Shown here: one piece after another, positions 62,201-64,000 of the stretch
How the letters are laid out: each line of letters opens with the position of its first letter
How positions within the stretch are numbered: the stretch's first letter is position 1
DNA from: Eledone cirrhosa
Lineage: Eukaryota
Direction of reading: 5' to 3'
Assembly (NCBI GenBank): GCA_964016885.1
Contig: OZ024762.1
Location: forward strand, 5,518,001 to 5,582,000
Length of the DNA: 64,000 nucleotides
The notes under the pieces: generated by a model
Database searches by the model: none
What the model was told of the DNA's origin: nothing
Seen by the model: the letters and a program-made list of their open reading frames with translations, nothing else
Program-made: the position numbers and the translations under genes

Positions 62201-63826
62201 TACAAAGGTGAGTTATTAATAATTTTATTAATTTCAATATGTATTTCATTCAGTATCGGTAGAGGGTCGGACGCCATGCTTTGACATATAGAGTTACGGC
62301 CCTTACCATTCTGAGTTCAAATCCCACTGAGGTTAACTTTGCCTTTCATCCTTACGGGGTCGATAAAATAAAGTACCAGTAATGTACTGGGTAATTGCTG
62401 GCCTTGTGCCAAAAGTAGAAACAGTTATTAGTGAGGGCAATGAATTGGCAGCATTGGACATGTTTTGCAGCATGTTATTACAGTGAATTGGCAGTATCGG
62501 TAGAGGGTCGGACACCATGCTTTCCAGCGTAGTTACGTCCCTTTACGATCTGAATTCAAATCCCGCCGAGGTTGACTTTGCCTTTCATCCTTACGGGGTC
62601 GATAAAATAAAGTACCAGTAATGCACTGGATAATTGCTGGCCTTGTGCCAAAAGTAGAAACAGTTATTACAGTCCTTTGTGTTTTGAGATTGAATTCTGC
62701 CAGAGTTAGCTTTGCCTTCTATTCTTCCTGGGTCAATAAAATCAAGTACCAGTTAAATACAGAGATTGATTTAATATGACTTTCCCCTTCCCTTCAAATT
62801 GCTGGCCTTGCGTCATAGAAACAATTATTTCTTCATACTCAAACTGAACTTCTGTTGTCAAAATGACTCTGCAGGACTCTTTGGTCACAACAAATGACCA
62901 AGGGTTCCACAGTTGCTCATCAACCACTACATTTGTAGTTCCCTTCTCAAATTTCTGGCTGTCCCCAAGTAAGTATTCATTTCAAAACCAATCTGAAATC
63001 CAATTTTACATCCTCTTTGTGTGTGTATTAGTAACAAATGACATTACTCTCAGGTGTGGTGGTCTGAGGTTGAGTGACATTACTCTCAGGTGTGGTGGTC
63101 TGAGGTTGAGTGACATTACTCTCAGGTGTGGTGGTCTGGGGGGAGTGACATTACCCACAGGTGTGGTGGTCTGGGGGAGTGACATTACTCTCAGGTGTGC
63201 TGGTCTGAGGTTGAGTGACATTACTCTCAGGCGTGGTGGTCTGGGGGGAGTGACATTACCCACAGGAGTGGTGGTCTGGGGGGAGTGACATTACTCTCAG
63301 GTGTGCTGGTCTGAGGGTGAGTGACATTACCCACAGGAGTGGTGGTCTGAGGGGGAGTGACATTACCCACAGGTGTGCTGGTCTGAGGGTGAGTAACATT
63401 ACTCTCAGGTGTGGTGGTCTGAGGGGGAGTGACATTACTCTCAGGTGTGGATGTCTGAGGTTAAGTGACATTATCCTCAGGTGTGCTGGTCTGGGGGGAG
63501 TGACATTACTCTCAGGTGTGGATGTCTGAGGGTGAGTGACATTACTCTCAGGTGTGCTGGTCTGAGGGGGAGTGACATTATCCTCAGGGGTGGAGGTCTG
63601 AGGTTAAGTGACATTACCCTCAGGTGTGCTGGTCTGAGGGTGAGCTATGTTTTGTATATCATACCAGAGCTGTAAAAAGTAAGATAAATCTTCCATAATA
63701 TAATATTCCTGTGTTTACATTTTCAGAAATCTGCATTACAGTTTTGTCAAGACTGGCAACACCCTTACAGTACAACATTCTTTACAACGAACTCAATACA
63801 GGATATTTTACTATCAAATGATTGGG
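26435..63826 (+). CDS. GSAP: Gamma-secretase-activating protein / pigeon homologue, 3'-incomplete; 28 coding exons, 2671 nt (about 890 aa)
   Basis: Phase-consistent GT-AG exon chain. Segments align collinearly with human GSAP as recalled: SLRLINEEKDGSILFSW, ASCSINQHHTLL, EFLWSSWDVYNQRLHYI, YLVVSLPGYFTHLLNV, EEYGLFQLFERI, GFCTYFTTLAFRCL, FLHYVDSGAVLLT, LKYQIITRL, WQHP. Confidence 0.9.
26994..27044 (+). ncRNA. Type I hammerhead ribozyme (minimal, Penelope-type)
   Basis: AGAUUC-CUGAUGA-U UUC UAAA GAA U-GAAA-CAG UUCUAGUC CUG-UA-GAAUCU: 6-bp stem I, short stem II, 3-bp stem III, GUA cleavage triplet. Confidence 0.7.
28950..29345. repeat. Tandem repeat of about 51 bp
   Basis: gtagtgctggtgccacaataaaaagcacccag units. 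Confidence 0.85.
30783..31066 (-). mobile_element. Non-autonomous Helitron-like element (another 3' end at 50706)
   Basis: ctag followed by ccggcgttgcccgg hairpin; 5' boundary approximate. Confidence 0.55.
31102..31996 (-). mobile_element. Mariner transposon with TIRs of about 100 bp, internally deleted
   Basis: cgaggtgtgtcagaaaagttcc termini, TA flanks; DDPRSGRP, VCAKMVPKLL, ITGDESW, GDYFEG. Confidence 0.93.
32175..32257 (+). CDS. GSAP: GSAP exon 2 NCDSLRLINEEKDGSILFSWEEKAAEE
   Basis: gtaagt donor; acceptor (atgaag) weak, so start is uncertain. Confidence 0.75.
32297..32665. repeat. Minisatellite of about 49 bp
   Basis: ctgggacaccaaggtgacagtcacc units. Confidence 0.88.
32866..32919 (+). 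CDS. GSAP: GSAP exon 3 DQAKTYVGLACPDSKDYR
   Basis: tgtag / gtgagt. Confidence 0.8.
33480..34372 (+). mobile_element. Penelope-like retroelement, 3' fragment with GIY-YIG endonuclease
   Basis: CKTRNVVYRIRC...TYIGETARSIGERIDQH, then frameshifted SPVLYEH...RQIREASEI...PKLNRKNEW; flanked by (TA)n. Confidence 0.88.
34321..34372 (+). ncRNA. Partial hammerhead ribozyme at the 3' end of the Penelope-like element
   Basis: CUGAUGA-U-GUUGCA GAUG UGCAAC-GAAA; the 3' strand of stem I is missing where (TA)n begins. Confidence 0.6.
34881..34950 (+). CDS. GSAP: GSAP exon 4 VVWVFDKVEYVASCSINQHHTLL
   Basis: ttcaag / gtaagg. Confidence 0.85.
34985..35260. repeat. 30-bp minisatellite
   Basis: gagacaaggtttacatctgttgtcactgtt. 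Confidence 0.85.
35841..35885 (+). CDS. GSAP: GSAP exon 5 AFTILTEMVDEFVGQ
   Basis: tgaag / gtgagt, phase 1-1. Confidence 0.75.
35925..36137. repeat. 14-bp minisatellite
   Basis: gctcaacacagYta. Confidence 0.92.
36260..36470 (+). mobile_element. R4/Dong-like non-LTR retrotransposon fragment
   Basis: KVGIYIHWKLYQLY...WYKHIPKKVSE...IFW pattern typical of the region before the RLE domain. Confidence 0.55.
37256..37429 (+). CDS. GSAP: GSAP exon 6 KIYTAFLAEI...VQFLH...LVFLHKE
   Basis: ttccag / gtgagt. Confidence 0.85.
37545..37770 (+). mobile_element. RTE fragment
   Basis: AIKDMKSGKAAGPSEIVAEMLKASG. Confidence 0.75.
38032..38078 (+). CDS. GSAP: GSAP exon 7 SIGLYHIPLARAEDAM
   Basis: ttccag / gtaggt. 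Confidence 0.8.
38171..38558. repeat. 66-bp tandem repeat, about 6 copies
   Basis: ttacttgagcccctggtatag at 38172, 38238, 38304... Confidence 0.92.
38838..39288. repeat. GC-rich minisatellite of about 17-18 bp
   Basis: cagccatccctgcacc / ccagccctgcac units. Confidence 0.9.
39338..39520 (+). CDS. GSAP: GSAP exon 8 IMKRQPEKEQLLGEFLWSSWD...
   Basis: cacag / gtgagt. Confidence 0.9.
40705..40754 (+). CDS. GSAP: GSAP exon 9 IDVPLNFPIPFVSKTS
   Basis: tgtag / gtaagg. Confidence 0.8.
40744..41475. repeat. 28-bp minisatellite, about 26 copies
   Basis: aaaaccagcatgtaggggatatttctgt. Confidence 0.95.
41799..41839 (+). CDS. GSAP: GSAP exon 10 RPVYIDIPLCSAIP
   Basis: tttcag / gtgaga; needed to bridge phase 2 to phase 1. 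Confidence 0.75.
42223..42332 (+). CDS. GSAP: GSAP exon 11 DRSINLEVITLPNGTFCICYQP...
   Basis: tctag / gtaaga. Confidence 0.85.
42940..43860. repeat. Minisatellite of about 32 bp
   Basis: ctctctctaccaccactataccactgttacc. Confidence 0.92.
43868..43931 (+). CDS. GSAP: GSAP exon 12 ETTITDEDLVDVTYFVCLVHH
   Basis: atcag / gtgagt. Confidence 0.8.
45387..45464 (+). CDS. GSAP: GSAP exon 13 VHTLQGTVSRVPQHDAMRRRILFTWF
   Basis: tttcag / gtaagt. Confidence 0.82.
45865..45957 (+). CDS. GSAP: GSAP exon 14 NGYLVVSLPGYFTHLLNVSIEYGPCNHILLH
   Basis: ttccag / weak gttaag donor. Confidence 0.82.
45966..46640. repeat. Composite (CT)n/(CA)n repeat
   Basis: Direct inspection. Confidence 0.9.
46712..46906 (+). 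CDS. GSAP: GSAP exon 15 KESLYGNICGEKK...KGMYLS
   Basis: aatag / gtaagg; open frame, phase 1-1, weak homology. Confidence 0.7.
48641..48801 (+). CDS. GSAP: GSAP exon 16 GWLLYDKKSQRLYKLLINKDQLL...
   Basis: atcag / gtaagt. Confidence 0.88.
49950..50440. repeat. catacaactacccaa(ca)n minisatellite
   Basis: Direct inspection. Confidence 0.9.
50569..50638 (+). CDS. GSAP: GSAP exon 17 IFVALSNDCASPEVQEFLAEFLV
   Basis: ttacag / gtaagt. Confidence 0.85.
51195..51727 (+). mobile_element. Degenerate non-autonomous mariner
   Basis: TIRs tggcaataaagtcttt / aaagactttattgcca; remnants FRAYVFIEWKRG and NGDYV. Confidence 0.7.
52073..52170 (+). CDS. GSAP: GSAP exon 18 STTYLKMRKRVSKNILMMVPFT...
   Basis: tttag / gtaaat. 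Confidence 0.82.
52570..52800 (+). CDS. GSAP: GSAP exon 19 TESKQILSKIQY...LLEIQ
   Basis: tttag / weak gttaaa donor. Confidence 0.78.
53086..53156 (+). CDS. GSAP: GSAP exon 20 KLDEADITDGNVFLNKLTCNQSL
   Basis: tgcag / gtaaga. Confidence 0.78.
53270..54815 (-). mobile_element. RTE-clade LINE, 5'-truncated
   Basis: RT motifs VGVHQGSVLSPLLF and LLYADDL, PHD-like Cys cluster, RLRWYGHV and GRPRKTW; one in-frame stop at 54052-54054; (GAT)n tail. Confidence 0.92.
55232..55361 (+). CDS. GSAP: GSAP exon 21 RDPSSSESEAD...GALMVL
   Basis: tttcag / gtaagt. Confidence 0.8.
55973..56068 (+). CDS. GSAP: GSAP exon 22 TKEAFTEFLIKFLKTEPQVKLENIAKEYVASQ
   Basis: cttag / gtgagt. Confidence 0.85.
56896..57165 (-). 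mobile_element. Second copy of the Penelope-like 3' end
   Basis: Reverse-complement match to about 34100-34372 including the CTGATGA...GAAA core; ends at the same GACTA before (TA)n. Confidence 0.8.
57477..57544 (+). CDS. GSAP: GSAP exon 23 LCQGRQLCQFAWSVNKPTENCA
   Basis: tgaag / gtaagt; bridges phase 0 to 2. Confidence 0.75.
57612..57868. mobile_element. Tc1/mariner-type MITE
   Basis: TIRs cagggtgtcca / tggacaccctg, TA at the left end. Confidence 0.7.
58310..58900. repeat. Minisatellite of about 34 bp
   Basis: caccactctctccttcaccacacacctccaccac. Confidence 0.92.
58932..59026 (+). CDS. GSAP: GSAP exon 24 YQCATKEEYGLFQLFERISMALTEQTFPITE
   Basis: tctag / gtaaac. Confidence 0.87.
60303..60351 (+). 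CDS. GSAP: GSAP exon 25 GFCTYFTTLAFRCLNL
   Basis: accag / gtaaag. Confidence 0.87.
60476..61017. repeat. 61-bp tandem array derived from repeat family C
   Basis: ggatgcccttcctaacacc...tttacagagtgtactgggagc with 61-nt period. Confidence 0.92.
61281..61351 (+). CDS. GSAP: GSAP exon 26 SQFLHYVDSGAVLLTNNFVKQIIN
   Basis: ttacag / gtaagt. Confidence 0.9.
61670..61940. repeat. 30-bp minisatellite
   Basis: tatccaggtcatgactcctgggtgcccttg. Confidence 0.9.
62146..62207 (+). CDS. GSAP: GSAP exon 27 DLKDDDMYSSLKYQIITRLTK
   Basis: aacag / gtgagt. Confidence 0.88.
63038..63645. repeat. 36-39-bp minisatellite
   Basis: gagtgacattactctcaggtgtggtggtctg. Confidence 0.92.
63727..63826 (+). CDS. GSAP: GSAP exon 28 KSALQFCQDWQHPYSTTFF...
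   Basis: tttcag / gtaagt. Confidence 0.87.
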
Positions 63827-64000
63827 GTAAGTGCAGTTTTTCAAATTTTATTTTTCATCACAAATGATTCCTTTTTTTTTTTTTAGATAAGGACTCGGTA
63901 TTGTTGATTTTATTGAGAAAATTAAGCATACCTATAATCAAAGACATTCCAATTGTGGCCATCCCATCTTTGTCATTCTTCAGACATAGTTTATCTTTTT

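Noticed and set aside
26435-63826. TASOR/FAM208 expected from human synteny next to ASB13
   Set aside because: Translated exons match GSAP/pigeon throughout.
63887-64000. Possible next GSAP exon after a 60-nt intron
   Set aside because: Acceptor and open frame present, but no recognisable homology and the window ends.

Overview
Repeat-rich, AT-rich animal genomic DNA; the SINE families, RTE fragments and microsatellite load suggest a coleoid cephalopod such as Octopus (inference). Three spliced genes were reconstructed by hand with phase-consistent splice sites: the 3' end of a NET1/ARHGEF3-like RhoGEF (+, 1-3000), a complete 6-exon ASB13-like ankyrin/SOCS-box gene (-, 13819-23820, 304 aa), and a GSAP/pigeon homologue (+, from 26435, at least 28 coding exons, about 890 aa so far, running off the window). 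Introns hold tRNA-derived SINEs, RTE and R4-like LINE fragments, a Penelope-like GIY-YIG element, mariners, Helitrons, TTAA-flanked MITEs and minisatellites. Almost all ORFs in the supplied track are repeat artefacts. The most notable signal is a set of short fold-back elements next to (TA)n tracts that carry hammerhead-ribozyme cores, one apparently complete at 26994-27044 and enclosed in its own inverted copy. Also notable: repeated local duplication of exon-intron junctions, and NET1-ASB13 convergent linkage as in human. Protein identities rest on recalled family sequences, not on database searches.
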